Origin: Narcine bancroftii
Lineage: Eukaryota
Assembly (NCBI RefSeq): GCF_036971445.1
Contig: NC_091480.1
Coordinates: 62,372,001 to 62,436,000, forward strand
Reading direction: 5' to 3'
DNA length: 64,000 bases
Below, one piece after another: positions 34,500 to 47,937 of this stretch. Every line of letters begins with the position of its first letter. Position 1 is the stretch's first letter. The translations under genes were made by a program, and so were the position numbers. The notes beneath the pieces are model-generated. The model was not told the origin of the DNA and ran no database searches. It worked only from the letters and a program-made list of their open reading frames with translations.

Positions 34500-34800
34500 T
34501 CTATCGTGTCTTTTAGACGTGATTCGGCCGCTTCTCTTCTCTCTGCCTCCCGACCATCCCCAACTCAATCATTGACCGTCGTCGCCTCAGTGCAACCTAC
34601 ACTGATAGTCCACCTACAGCTGATTGACGTGCGAGTAGCCAATTGCAGCACGAGTTGGGCCGAGCACGCACCGAGCCGTCCAGCAGAGTCAACGACCCAC
34701 AGCTGATGGACGTACGACTAGCCAATTGTGTTACGAGTTGCGGGGAGCGCGAACCAGCTGATTGGGGCGTTGTCGCTCTCTCTCTCTCTCTCTCTCTCTC
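34500..34800. promoter_or_regulatory. CpG-rich ORMDL2 promoter with repeated E-box/CRE-like/CCAAT modules
   Basis: Local CpG enrichment; CAGCTG x3, CCAAT x2, ATTGG, TGACGT; a (CT)n tract at ~34776-34800. Confidence 0.7.
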
Positions 34801-34853
34801 CCGTGACGGGTTAGGTTGAGCGGTGGAAGATCTCTTGGTCGTGGTTAAAGGTG
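34775..34853 (+). other. ORMDL2: Probable non-coding exon 1 of ORMDL2 (start approximate)
   Basis: Follows the CpG promoter; strong donor GTG|GTGAGT at 34853/34854; ORMDL genes have a 5' non-coding exon. Confidence 0.6.
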
Positions 34854-36199
34854 GTGAGTGAAGGGGCTGTTACTGATATCAGATAGTTTTATATTCGTTT
34901 CTTATGAGTTAAAGAGATAAATGGAGTTTATTGCGGGAATGTCTTTGTTTTTAAAGAGCAGGCCTTCAGAGTCTGTTTTTAAACCTACTCAAGTTTCAAG
35001 AATGTTATTTTCACCTCGCCTTACTATGTTCTTCTATTTTTTTTTAACCAGCACTGCATTTAAAAAATAATTCAGTATTAAATGATCCTCACTACAAATT
35101 GTTTTCATATCTGATAGAAATTTTACTGGGGAATGGTGCATGTACTTCAAAAGGCATTCTTTCTCTATTTTGTAAAAGAAGTGAAATGCCCTTGTTAATG
35201 TAATAATGTCTAGGGCAATAATTTAAAAATACTTTATTTTGGGTAGTTTGAGTACCTGGCCTGATTTGGAATGTACGCATTCTCCTTGTAGGAAACTCCA
35301 GTGAAGGTGGGCAAGAGGAAATAATTTTGAACCTTGGGAGAGTTTAATGAGCTAAAGGCTGATAAATTGTACTTCTTTCTGTTATTATTTTTAATCTGTT
35401 GGAACAATAGCTTGCTTGAGCATTCATCTACCAACAGTAACTCCAATCAGATTTGGACTTGTTGTCAGAGTACATACATGGCATCATATACAACCCTGAG
35501 ATTCTTTTTTTTTCCTGCAGGCAAGGCAGAATTACCATTATTGGCAGGGCAAAAAAAAATCTCCAGGGTGACATCAAGTTTCACTTGTCACCTGGATCAA
35601 TAAATCTTATAGGTATGGGTAACATTTGAGTGAGTTCACTGTAAAGATCCTTCAGTTCCATTGCTGGTGGTGTCTTCTTGGCATTATCCTCACTTCAACG
35701 AGTCCAGACTTATCCTCTTCCAAAGAGAATACAGTTTACCTGAAGTACATCATGTGCTTGCAAGCTAATGATAACAAAATCTTTACAGCCCATTTTAAAA
35801 AAAAAGCCCTCTAAATTGTTCTCTGAGTTCGTGCACACTACAAAAATGTAATTGGATCACTGTGCAGTTGTTAGACCTTATAAGCATCTGACCTTGTGCA
35901 AATGGTTAAATCAGTTAATTTAATCTTGGCCTATTTTTGTGTCCTGGGATGTAATCTTTAGATTTTATTATAAACAATTTGCATTTGATGTTATAAAACA
36001 ACCACAAATTGGAAAATAATTGACTGAGGGAGAACATCAAATGATTGATCAAAAACATGGTCACTGAAAGGGTTTTTTGAGCATCATAAGGATGGAGAGG
36101 CAGAGAATTATGGGAAGGGAGCTGAAAATCACCATCAATGGTGGAGCATGAACTGGATGGAGAAAAGTGGAGGAGCTGAAGGAAGTTACAGAGATGGGG

Positions 36200-36790
36200 A
36201 AGGGTCTGATGTGGCCTCCTCTACATCGGTGAGACTGGATGCAGACTGGAAGATGGTTTCGTTGAGCACCTATGCTCTGTCTGCTGCAATAATAGCATCC
36301 TCCCAGTGGCCAAACATTTTACCCCATTCCCACACCCACATACCTGTCTATGGACTCATGAACTGCCAAACTGAGGCTTCCCTCAAATTGGAGGAATAAC
36401 ACCTAATATTACATCTGGGAACTCTCCATCTTGAAGGCATGAACATCGACCTCCAGTTTATGTTAAGGCCCTTCCCCACTGAGTCTCTCCTTCTCTATTC
36501 CTTTCCTCCAGATAGATCTACACCCCATTCCCTATCAGAGAGCAACACTCTCCCATTACCTTTTTTTTCATCTTCTGCCCTCCCACTAAGAGCCTGTGAC
36601 CACTTATCCATTAGCCTTACTCCTCCTCCCCCCGCCCGCCACTTCCTCCCTCCTCTTCTCCTCCCCCGCCCACCTTTATATTCAGGCGGCTACCTGTTTT
36701 TGCTCGTACCTTGACCAAGGGCCAAGACCTGAAAAGTCTACTTCCTGTCGATGCTGCATGACCTGAGTTTCTCCATCACTTTTGTGTGTT
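36200..36790 (+). mobile_element. Penelope-like element 3' fragment
   Basis: GLMNCQTEASLKLEE*HLILHLG, a pyrimidine-rich segment and a degenerate pLTR tail near 36710. Confidence 0.7.
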
Positions 36791-37519
36791 ACAAAGGGGA
36801 TTGAAAACTAGGGTGAAATTGTTTACATTGGCATTGTTAAACTAGGAGCAATTGTGGGTCAGCACGTCAAGAGGGATAATTGGTGAATGGGTAATGGACT
36901 TGATGAAAGTTGAATCAAGGGACAGCAGATTTCTGGATTAACTGAAAGTTATGGCGTCAGAAAGATGGGAGACTGGCCAGGAAAACACTGTTAACAAGGT
37001 ATCTGGTTCAAACTTCTACTTGTGTTTTATCTGAAGCAGCCTGGCCTCCCCTGGTTCTTTCACTGATTGGAATCATAGCTGCCACCTTACAGCTGCATCA
37101 ACTTATTTCTACCACAGTGTTTGACGCAAATTGCAGTAGAAGCGCACAACCCACTTTCCAATGAGGGGACAGCAGAAACTCTGGAGCAACTCCAGTGTGG
37201 GCTGGCAAAGTTTGCAAGCACCAGCAATGCACCCAGTGCACTTTCATCACCTGCCATGTCCACCGAGCATGAGACGAAATCTTATTTCCGACATTTTTTT
37301 TTGTATTTCCTTGCCTCAGTACAGGATATGGATTTGAGACCTGTGCATCTCCAGCATCTTTTTTTCTCACTTAAGCCCTCACCAGGTATGGGGAAGAACG
37401 ACATGCTTTCAAAATAGTTCATGTCACATGATGCAATCTTTGACTTTCCAATCTTATATTCTGGCAAATGCACCACGTATAGACTCATTGAGTTAATGCA
37501 CTGAAAGCCTCGTACAACA

Positions 37520-38470
37520 GAGCTTGTTCAAATGAAATGCAATGCCGGAAAGTGTACCGTCATGTACTTTGGTCAAAGAAATAAATGGGCAAACTATTTT
37601 CTAAATGGGGAGAAAATTGAAAATTTCCAGATGCAAGGGTCTTGAGAATCCTTGTGCAGGATAGCCTGAAGGTAAATTTGCAGTTGAGATGGCGGTGAAG
37701 AAGGCGAATGCAATGTTGACGTTCATTTCAAGAGAAGTATAAGAGCAAGGATGTGATATTGAGGCTTTATAAGGCACCGGTGATACCTAGTTTGTATGTT
37801 CTCCCTGTGTCTGTGTGGGTTTCCTTCCATTGCTTTTAAAAAAAAAAGGACCGGAGTTGTAGGTCAATTGGGTGTAATTGGGCAGCACAGACTCATGGGC
37901 CGAAAGGATGTGTAACCGTGTTGCATATTTAAATTTAAAGGAATATTGTGAGCAGCTTTGGGCTTCTCATTTAAGAAAGGATGTGCTGACGTGAGAGAGG
38001 GTTCAGGGGAAGTTTCACAAGGATGATTCTGGGAATGAAAGGGTTATATGAGAAATGTTTGATGGCTCTTGGTCTGTACTTGTTGCAATATAGTAGAATA
38101 ATGGGAGATCTCATTGAAACATTTTGAATATTGAAAGCCATGGACAGAGTAGATGTAAAAAGGTTGTTTCCCACGGTGGGAGAGTCTAGGACAAGAGGGC
38201 ACAACTTCAGGATTGAAGGGCGTTCACTTGGAATAGAGATGCGGAGGGATTTCTTTAGTCAGAGGGTGGTAAATCTGAAATTTGTTGCCACAGGCAGTTG
38301 TGGAGGCAAGCCATTGGGTGTATTTTGGGTACAGATTAATAGGTTCTGGATTAACCAGGGCATCAAAGGCCAGGCAGTGGGGCTGAGTGGGAAAATGGAT
38401 CAGCTCATGATTAAATGGTGGGCCAGGACTTGATGGACTGAATAGGCTTTTTCTGCTCCTATGTCTTCTG
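37520..38470 (+). mobile_element. CR1 3' fragment with a nested V-SINE piece (~37790-37940)
   Basis: ESRTRGHNFRIEG..RRDFFSQRVVNL; V-domain TTTGTATGTTCTCCCTGTGTCTGTGTGGGTTTCC. Confidence 0.8.
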
Positions 38471-39358
38471 TTCACCTGTTTTATGTTGATAACTGATGGT
38501 CTTTCTTAACTAGGGATGGGAATGTCCATTTCCTTTATGGATGTTCTGAATCTTTTCTGAATTATAAACAGGAGTGTTTCTGATGTGAATACCTCATTGT
38601 AAGTTGTGAGTAGTTATTCTACAGGTTTGCTGATTTCAAAGTCCTGTCACAAACTCTACAGCAAGTTAGATTCCATGTACAAAAAATGGACTTCAAATAT
38701 GTCAAATCCTTGTGAATATACGAGCAATTCCTTCAACTCCAATGTCCAGACAATGTCCACACAAATTAATATTCCCACCTGTTATAATCCAGTTTCAGTT
38801 GCACACCTTGTGAATTTCCACAGGGATTTTCCAACACCAGTGTCAAGGCTCAGTTTATTGCTTTCTTTTGTGAGTGAGAAGTTGTGGGTTCAAATCCCAC
38901 AAAATTCAGGCCAGTATTCTACTACTGACCTGAAGGATATGCCACACTGTCAAGGCAGATCCATGGCCCTGTCTGCTTGCTCTCTTTAATGAACATGAAT
39001 GCTCACCAGGTGAGTTTCTTTCCATAACCATAACCATATAACTTTCCATGTCCTGGGGCCAGTAATTATCCTTCAGATATCACTAAATAATTTTAAGTGA
39101 GAATTTGTTTTGGGTGTTGTTAGTGAGATCTTGTTATTGTCGTTGGCAGGCCAGTTAAGAGCTAGCAGCGGTTCAAATGTGTCAATTTGTGTAAGAAGTC
39201 CTGCAACAAAACACTGTCTTTGGGAAGCTCTTAGTGACAACATCACTTCCCTTCAGCACAATAGCTGAGGAAACCATTGGAAAGGCTATAAGTGGAGTGC
39301 AAAGAGAAGCATGTTCTCTTATGTTTGAACTGTGCCCTTCTTTAAAGTAGGAGACAGG

Positions 39359-39532
39359 ATGTACGTTGGCGTCGCTCACAGTGAGGTTAATCCCAACACT
39401 CGGATAATGAACAGCCGGGGAATCTGGCTGGCCTACCTAATTTTAATTGGAATTCTCCATGTCGCCTTGCTGAGTATTCCATTCTTCAGCATTCCGTTGG
39501 TGTGGACCCTCACTCACATCATCCACAACACG
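39359..39532 (+). CDS. ORMDL2: ORM1-like protein 2, coding exon 1
   Basis: [58 protein letters not shown]; 174 nt; acceptor AAG/TAG at 39347/39350; donor GTGAGT. GIWLAY and FFSIP match ORMDL2. Confidence 0.93.
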
Positions 39533-39689
39533 GTGAGTTAAGGAGAGTGGGTAGGGTGGGACAGCGATGGTTGGGTATTTAGATGGGTGCTTTATAAGGC
39601 TGTTTGACGTCTTTAAGGACATAAGACAAAGGAGCAGAATTTGGATTTTCGGCCACACATATCTGCTTCGCCATTCAAATGGATGAAGT

Positions 39690-42460
39690 AGAACATAAGA
39701 GCACAGCACACCTTCAGCCCATGATGCTGTGCTGACCTACATCACCCTACTCAACAGACAAAATCTTCCCTCCCTCACACCCATAACCCTCTATTTTCTT
39801 GTCTGTCCAAGAAAATGTCCCTATTGCACCAGCCTCCACTACCACCCCTGGTAATGCATTCCAGCCACCCATTACCTTCTCTTTTTAAAAAAAAAACTTA
39901 TCCCTGACATCTCTCCCAAAGATCTCCTCCACTCACTTTGTATAGATGTCCTCTGGTGCTTTCTAATCTCGGAAAAAGGTGCTGGCTGCCCTACACTATG
40001 TCTCTCATAATCTTGTCATCTCTCATCCTTCTTTGCTCCAAAGAGGAAAGCCCCAGTTCTGCTAACCTTGCCTCATAAGATGCATTCTCCAATCCTGGTA
40101 AATCTCCTCTGCATCCTCTCTGAAGCTTCCACATCCTGTAATGAGGTGACCAGAACTGAACACAATATTCCAAGTATGGTCCCACCAGTTTTTATAGAGC
40201 TGCAACATTACCTCGGGGCTCTTGAGCGCAATCCCCTGACTAATGAAGGCCAGTACACCATAAGCCTTCTTAACTACCCTATCAACCTGCGGAGCAACCT
40301 TGAGGGATCTGTGGATTTGGACTCCATGGTCCCTCTGTTCTTCCACACTATTAAAAATCCTGGCATTAATCTTCCAAAATGCATCACTTCCACACTATTA
40401 AAAATCCTGGCATTAATCTTCCAAAATGCATCACTTCACACTTATCCAGATTGAACTCCATCTGCCACTTTTCTGCCCAACTCTGCCTCTGCTTCCTGAA
40501 GCCAAGCCAATCCTGAATCCACACAGCCAAGGTTCCATGGATCCCACATCTCATGACTTTCTGAACGAGTCCACCATGGGGGACCTTATCAAATGCCTTC
40601 CTAAAATCCATATGCATCACATCTACTGCCCTACCTTCCTCAATTTCTTTTGTTACTTCCTCAAAAAACTCAATTAGGCTTGCTAGGCATGTATTTCCCC
40701 TCACAAAGCCACGCTGACTATCCCTGAGAAGACTATACTTCTCTAAATGTTCATAAATCCTGTCCCTAAGAATCCTCACCTGTAGTTTGCCCAGCACTGA
40801 TGTAGAACTAGTCTATAATTCCCAGGATTCTCCCAATTACCTTTTTAAACAAGGAGACCACATTTACTATTCTCCAATCCTCCGTTACCTCCCCTGTGGC
40901 CAGGGAGGACACAAAGATCATTGCCAACACCCCAGCAATCTCTTCTCTTGCCTCCTGTAGTCACCTGGGTATATCTTGACAGGTCTCAGCGAGTTAGCAA
41001 TGCTAATGTTTTTAAGAAGATCCAGCACCCTCTTTCTTAACCTCAACGTGCTCCAGCCCACAGGCCTGTTCTATACTGACCTCACCTTCAACAAGGTTCC
41101 TCTGTCTGGTGAACACTGAAGCAAAGTATTCATTTAATACCTCCCTCCCTCCTCTGCCTCCAGGCACATGTTGCAGCCCTACCTTCACTCTTGTCATCTT
41201 TTGTTCTTCACATATTCATAGAACGGTTTAGGGTTTTCCTTAATCCTACTTGTCAAGGCCTTCTTGTGTCCCCTTCTAGCTCTCCTAAATCCTTTCTTAA
41301 GTTTCTTCCGGGCTATCATATAATTCTATGAGCCCTTCCTGTCTTTCCTAAACCTGTAAGCTTCCTTCTTTCTCTCACCTCTTTTGTCAACCAATTTCCC
41401 TTTTCCTACCATCTTTACCCTGTCTCAGTGGGACAAACCTATCCAGAAATTCAGCACAAGTGATGCCAAAATATCCTCCACATTTTTTCCTGTGCTCTTC
41501 CCTGAGAAATCTCTTCCCAATTTTCTCTCCCCAGTTCCTGCCTAATTCCATCATAATTAGCCCTTCTCCAATGAAACACCTTCTCATTTTGTCTACTATT
41601 CTTGTCAATAACTACGATAAAGGTCAGGGGAGTTGTGGTCACTTTCACTGAAATGCTTCCCACTGAGAGGTCGGTTCCCTGACCAGGTGCTCTACCCAGT
41701 ACTAAATCCTTGGACACACCTGACAAATTCTGCTCCATCTCAAGTCTCTCAAATCCGCACCAGTATCTCTGCACCATTCCAAAATCTGCCTACATATCTG
41801 CTCCTCAATGTCCCAAGAGCTATTGGGGCTGATAGACTACTTCCAATACAGTGATTGCTCCCTGCCCATTTATACCCACACTGACTCAATAGACAATTCC
41901 TCCACTATGTCCTCCCTTTCTGGACCTGTGATACTATCCCTGATTAGTAATGCTACTTCACACACCCCCCCCCCCCTTTTACTTTTTATCCTATTCCTTT
42001 TAAAACATCTAAACCTTAATACCTGCATCAGCCAAGTCTCTGTAATGGCCACAACATTGTAATTTCACCTACTGACCCTTGCTCTAATTCATCTCTATTC
42101 CTAATAATCCTTGCATTGATATAGACATATTTTAATTCCTCCAACTGACTACATTTACGCTCCCACCACTGCCCGTCCTTCCTGACAAACTCACATGTTG
42201 CATCCAGCTTTCCACCATCTGTTGTGTTCTATGCCTTCACATTTTGGTTCCCACCCCCCTGCCAAACTAGTTTAAACTCTCCTCAAATGTTCTAGCAAAC
42301 CTGCCTTCCAGGATATTGGTGGCCTCCATCCTGTTTAGGTGCAACCTGTCTTTTTTGTACAGGTCATACTTTCCCCAAAGATCCTAATGATCCATGAACT
42401 TCAGCCATGCATTCATCTGCCATAACTTCCTATTCCTGCCCTCACTGGTACATGGCATAG
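39690..42460 (-). mobile_element. Long degenerate CR1 LINE in an ORMDL2 intron
   Basis: AITETWL (EN), DFRKAFDKVPH (RT) and PYLEYCVQFWSPHYR; 47-bp local duplication at ~40341-40437. Confidence 0.88.
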
Positions 42461-44360
42461 GCTTCAGGACCTCCTCAGTTTTCCTATCTCTTTCAACCCC
42501 TTTCTCCTCCCCATAACCTTTGTCACCCTTACTACTTAAGAATCTATCAAACCAATGATGTGGCCTCCACAGTCATCTGTGGCAACAAATTCCACAGATT
42601 CACCCCCCCCCCCCCCCCCCCCCCGGCTGAAGTCACCTCTCCTCATCACCAACCCCCATGGAGCACCATTAGTTACTGGCAGCCAGCCAGAAAAGACAGC
42701 CTTATTTCTACTCTTTGCCTTCTGCCATTCAGCCAATCTTCTATTCACCATAGTATGTTTCCTGGTAATACTGTGAACTCCTTTCTTGTTTAGAATTCTT
42801 GTGTGCGGCACTTTGTCAAAGGCCTTCTGAAAATCCAAATAAATAACATCCACTGACACCTCTTTGATCTTAAAACAAACCTGCAGTATACAAGTTGCAA
42901 TACACAGGATTCAGTCTCTTGAGCTTGAGGGTACTGTTGCCATGGTTAATCTTCGGCATTCTTTCCTACCCTCATATTATCAAAGGACAACCAGCCAGGC
43001 CTCCCTTCCTGATCACTTTCTTGGGAATCTGTGTGTGTGCGCAAGCTCCCCTGTGATTTACACCACCCCACTCCAATCCCCCACTATAACCTACACTTAT
43101 TCATCAGAGATGGTGATGGTCTCCTAGCAAATCTCCATTGCTTGGGCACTGAGACCTACTCTCCCACTGTGCATTGACTGCCAAATACTGTGAAAGTTGT
43201 GTACCAGAAGAACATCTTTGAATGATTAATTTGGTCACTTAATTGGTTACTGTATATTGCCCCTGCTGTAGGTAGATGGTAGAATTGGGGTGAGCTGATA
43301 GATATGTGGGAGAATATTTGAGAAATGAGGTTAGATGCTGGAACCTGGAGCAAACTGCTGGAGGGACTCAGCAGTTGAGCAGCATCTGTGGAGGCAGAGG
43401 GATGTAGTAGGGTTGCTCTATGAGTTGGCATAGCTTGAATGATCTCTTTCCATGCTGTAAGGAAATTGTGCTCACACTGGAAAGGTTGGATTCTGATTTT
43501 ACTGTCAAGATGCATTGCGATTTGCCCTGTAATACAGTGTTCCTTAATAACTTGAAGTTTCCACAGGTATTCCCCATGCAAGGGTCTGTGGCCTATTTGG
43601 CAGCAGAACCTAGGCAGGTCCCTTTCTCATCCAATCAGATTCTGGGAGTTTCAGGTCTGTAATGATTGAGCATATTGCTTGATGCATTTGCCCAGTGACT
43701 TTTAAACTGGAGCTATTTTTTTCCAATTGTATCCCTGAGCTTTGCAGAAAGCTCTGTGCAACCAAGTTTCTGTTCACTTGATCTGGGTTACACATTAACA
43801 CACTGGCCCAGTACACTTATCCAAAATATACCAAGAATAAATGTGGCTTTGATGGAGATACAATCATCACTTATGACTGATAAATGTTAATGATCAAGGC
43901 AAAGAGGGATCTGGAATTGATGGAGGCAAGTATTAGTATTAATACTAAGTATTAGTGTAGATGGTTGGCATTTATTCAGTGTGCCAAAGGGCCCATTTAT
44001 ACGCTGTATAGCTCTGTCTCTATAAGCTCAGCAGTTAAATGAAAATCTAAAATTTAATTGATAAGCTGTTTTAAACTGGTTAAATTATTTTCTACAAAGT
44101 GGAAGAGTGTCACTACATATTTCACAGGACTTTTAAGCCTAAAACCAAGGCTTTTAAATATGGAGGTCTTTGTATGGGAGAGGCTGGGTGTTTAAATGTT
44201 GTATCAAGAGCAACATCAAAATAAGGTAGAAATGATCCAGCCTTTTACGATCTCCATAAGTATCCACCAAGGTTGTTTAAAGATGAGCCTTCCACTCACA
44301 ACAAAAAATGGTGAGGGCTTCAAGTCAACACCAGGTGTGGTAATGAGTCTCTGTTTATAG

Positions 44361-44512
44361 GCTATGTATTGGTTTCTGCACACGGTTAAAGGAACACCCT
44401 TTGAGACTCCAGACCAAGGCAAGGCACGGTTACTGACCCACTGGGAGCAAATGGATTATGGGATCCAGTTCACATCATCACGCAAATTTCTCACCATTGC
44501 ACCAATAATTCT
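44361..44512 (+). CDS. ORMDL2: ORMDL2 coding exon 2
   Basis: Acceptor tttatag; [50 protein letters not shown](L); donor gtaagt; 152 nt. Confidence 0.95.
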
Positions 44513-45924
44513 GTAAGTCCCAGTTTTACTTTTTGGTAACTGCTTTAATTGTCAGAACTAGGGGGAAACCTGGAGCATTGTCGTGAGAGGGAAACAGAAA
44601 CTAGCCAGTGAAATCCCCAATATTTACAAGTTTTAATCAGGGTTCAAAACTCCTCTCTTGACACTTGAATGTGTTTTTTTTAGATACTAGACTTTGTTTG
44701 CTGTGACATAAAAGATTCTCAGCACCATTGGAAGGACAAGGGCATTCCCAATGTGCTGGGCAATGTTTATCCCTCAAATCAGCATTTCTTGAAACAGATC
44801 ATTAATTCCTTGACAAATAAATTTGAAATTGGCTGCAAGGTTATTCTACTGTGCTACAATGCCTATATGTCAAACAGCCTTGACTATACAGTACTTTTTT
44901 TAAGAGTACTTGTGTGAAAATATCTAGAAATGCAGGTCTACCTTTTTTTTGGATATCACTTCAAGATCTGACAGGCGATGATCCCAGGATAGCTGATATG
45001 GTACGAATCAGTCTGTCAATTTCACAGTTGAATACCCTTTCAATACACACCTTAAGTGTTTTAACTTTTTAAAGTTATTTTATCCGGGGTGGGGGGGGGG
45101 GGGTGCGGGTGGCGGGTGGAAGTTGTCACTGGCAAGACTAGTGTTTAATGTCGTGAGAAGGTGATTATGAACCACTGCCAATAGGTGCCATCTTTGTGAG
45201 AAGGGTTTGGACCCAGTGATAATGAAGGGGCAGCAATGCATTTGTAAAGCAATGTGATTTGGAGAGGAATCTGCAGTCAGCAGTGTTCCCATGTGCCTGC
45301 TACCTTGAACTGCTTGGAGAGGAAAGTCACATGGTTAGTCAAACTAGCCAAGGTGACTTGCAGCAATACATTCTGTGCAGTAATGATGCACATTGCAGCC
45401 ACTGTTGTCCAGTCGAGGGGAGAGTGAATGTCTAGAAGTGGTTTAGGTGTCAATTAACTGAGTTGCTTTACCCTGGGTGGTAACCCTCAGCTTCTTGAGA
45501 GGTGTTGGAAGTTGCACTTCGTCCAGGCAAGTGGAGAGCATGTTTTGGTTATGGTGGATAGGCTTTTGGGGAGTAGGGAGAGCTCAAGCCCAAGTTGCTT
45601 GGGCTCATGGAAAGACCCATGGAAACAAACTTTAAACAGGTTAATTATTGAAAAGTAATCCAAGGTTGCAAAGCAGATTTTGTGGAGAAACTGGGATTGT
45701 TCTTTGTAGAGCAGGATAAGGGAAAGGAAAATTTAATTGTAACATTCGAAACCATAAATGTATTTTGATGGAGAAGTATTCAAGGTGGATTAGGGGTTTG
45801 AGGACTATGGGAAACTGGCACAGAAGAATTGAGGTTAGCATCCTCCTCCTGCTCTTGTGTGGAGGCAGAGGAACTTTCCTGTGGCTGGAAGGTCAACAAA
45901 CAAGGACAAGGATTTAAGATAATT

Positions 45925-46690
45925 TATAATAATAACAATATGTTTATTGTCATATACATTGTATAATGTACATATGCACCAAAATTGTTGCTGCAGCTGA
46001 ACAGGTACTTCATGAAAAAACAAGAGTACACATTAAATTAAAAATGGAAAATAAGTACAAATACAGGTAGTTAATATATTCACAGTTTTCAAAGTGCAAT
46101 AGTGCAGACAGTCCTTTTGTGCTGTGGGAGCATTCGATGGTCAATGTAACAAGGGGAGGTTCAAGAGTCTGATCACTGTTGGAAAGAAAGTGTTCTTGAA
46201 CCGAGAGGAGCTGGTCTTCACGCTTCTGTACCTTCTGCTCGAAGGGAGCAGTGAGGAGGTGGTGACCAGGGTGACGTTGGCTGCCCTCTTAAGGCAGCAC
46301 CTCACAGAGATTTGGTAGAGAGTCCAATAACATGCCAATTCTCGTCAGACTTCTCAGAAGGTAGGTGTTGCTGTGCCTTCTTCATGGTTGCCTTGATGTG
46401 CTGGCTTCAGGAGAGTTTTTCTGAGATATGGACTCCCAGGAACTTGAAGGTACTTCCTCTCCCCATCTCTGTCCCATGGGTGTGGACAGGTACATGGTCC
46501 CTCAACCTCTCCTTCCTAAAGTCAACAATAGCTCCTTGGTTCTTGGTGATGTTGAGAGCAAGATTGTTGTTCTGGCACTACCCAACTTGGTTCTCCATCT
46601 CCATCCTGTATTCCAACTCCTCATTTCCAGTTATTCATCAGTGAATTTGTAGATTGAATTGGAGCTGAACTTGGCTAAAGCAGTTGTGTC
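45925..46690 (-). mobile_element. Rex1/Babar-type LINE 3' fragment
   Basis: LLPSSRRYRSVKTSSSRFKNTFFPTVIRLLN. Confidence 0.75.
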
Positions 46691-46860
46691 ATTGGCAAAA
46701 GAATCAGCAACAAAGGATTTACAGGTTTATAGGGAATGAGCAGGGGGAGAGTTTAACTCCAAAACACAAATCATGGGCTAAATTGTAGTCTTAAACAGTA
46801 TGTAATTTGCTGAGTAAAGGATTGCTTGTCATTTAATAAATGGTTTCATTTTCTTTCCAG

Positions 46861-46996
46861 GTATATGCTAGCAAGTTTCTACACAAAATATAATGTTGTT
46901 CATTTCCTGGTGAACACAACATCTTTGCTCACTGCCCTCATTCCCAAACTCCCTCAGCTACATGGGGTCCGCCTTTTTGGCATCAACAAGTATTGA
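46861..46996 (+). CDS. ORMDL2: ORMDL2 terminal coding exon
   Basis: Acceptor ttctttccag; [44 protein letters not shown] then TGA. Exons of 174+152+136 nt total 462 nt (153 aa). AATAAA at 47088. Confidence 0.95.
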
Positions 46997-47937
46997 GCGG
47001 GTGGTTGGTAGCTGAGCGAATGCTGCCACTTACTCCAGCCAACCTCAGAAGGGGCAAGTCTGAATGATGGGCACAATTTACTGAGTGAATAAACCACGAA
47101 GAAGCAGCTGGATCCACCTCTCAAATTAGTATCTACACACTTTCCCAAGTGGAAGTCATTGTATGTAGAAATTGTCCTCATGTGAATAAGTTACTTGTTT
47201 ATAAATTCATATTTCCCTTTTTACATTAATTGTACACACACACACGAAAAAGTTTGTCATTGAGGGTGTGGTAGTGTCTGTGCATATAAGAATGTGCAAA
47301 TACAGTCCATAGATCTCATTTGCAAGACTAGTCAGATTAGAATGTTTCTTGAAAGTTGTAACCCAGACAGATAAGGTGTTGAAGAAGGTGTTTGGCAGGA
47401 CAGAGTACAAAAGTTTCCAAGGCATTGGTGAGATCACACTTGGGAGTACTGTATGCAGTTTGAACTATAGGAAGGGATACAAGAAGAGATTCAGCAAGAT
47501 TTTGCTGGGACTGGAGGGGTTGAATTATAGGGACAGGCTGGGACTTTATTCCCTGGAGTGTCAGGCCGAGGGGGTCGTTATGGAGGTCTATGAAAACATG
47601 AGGTGTGCGGATCAAATGAATGTGCAGATGATTCCAGGACTAGAGGGTGTAAGCAAAAGGTGAAAGATTCAGACAATCTTTTCACTCAGAAGGTGGTCCA
47701 TAGGTGGAACCGACCTGCCAAAAGGGGAAGCGGGGTAAGGGAAGAGAGAGTGATAACAACATTCAAAAGACATTTGGACAGATTTATGGATTTGGCTGGG
47801 GGTGGGGGGGGGGGGGGGGTGGGATGGACCAAGTGCAGGCCGATGGGATGAGCCCACAGTGCCCATTTGGTCGGCAAAGACCAATGAGGTCAAATGGCCT
47901 GTGCCTGTTCTGTGCAGTATTCTGCAAGTTAAATTTC

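Noticed and set aside
39359-46996. ORMDL1 or ORMDL3 assignment
   Set aside because: GVAH with GIWLAY, FFSIP, HTVKG and WEQMDYG, plus DNAJC14 adjacency, fit ORMDL2.
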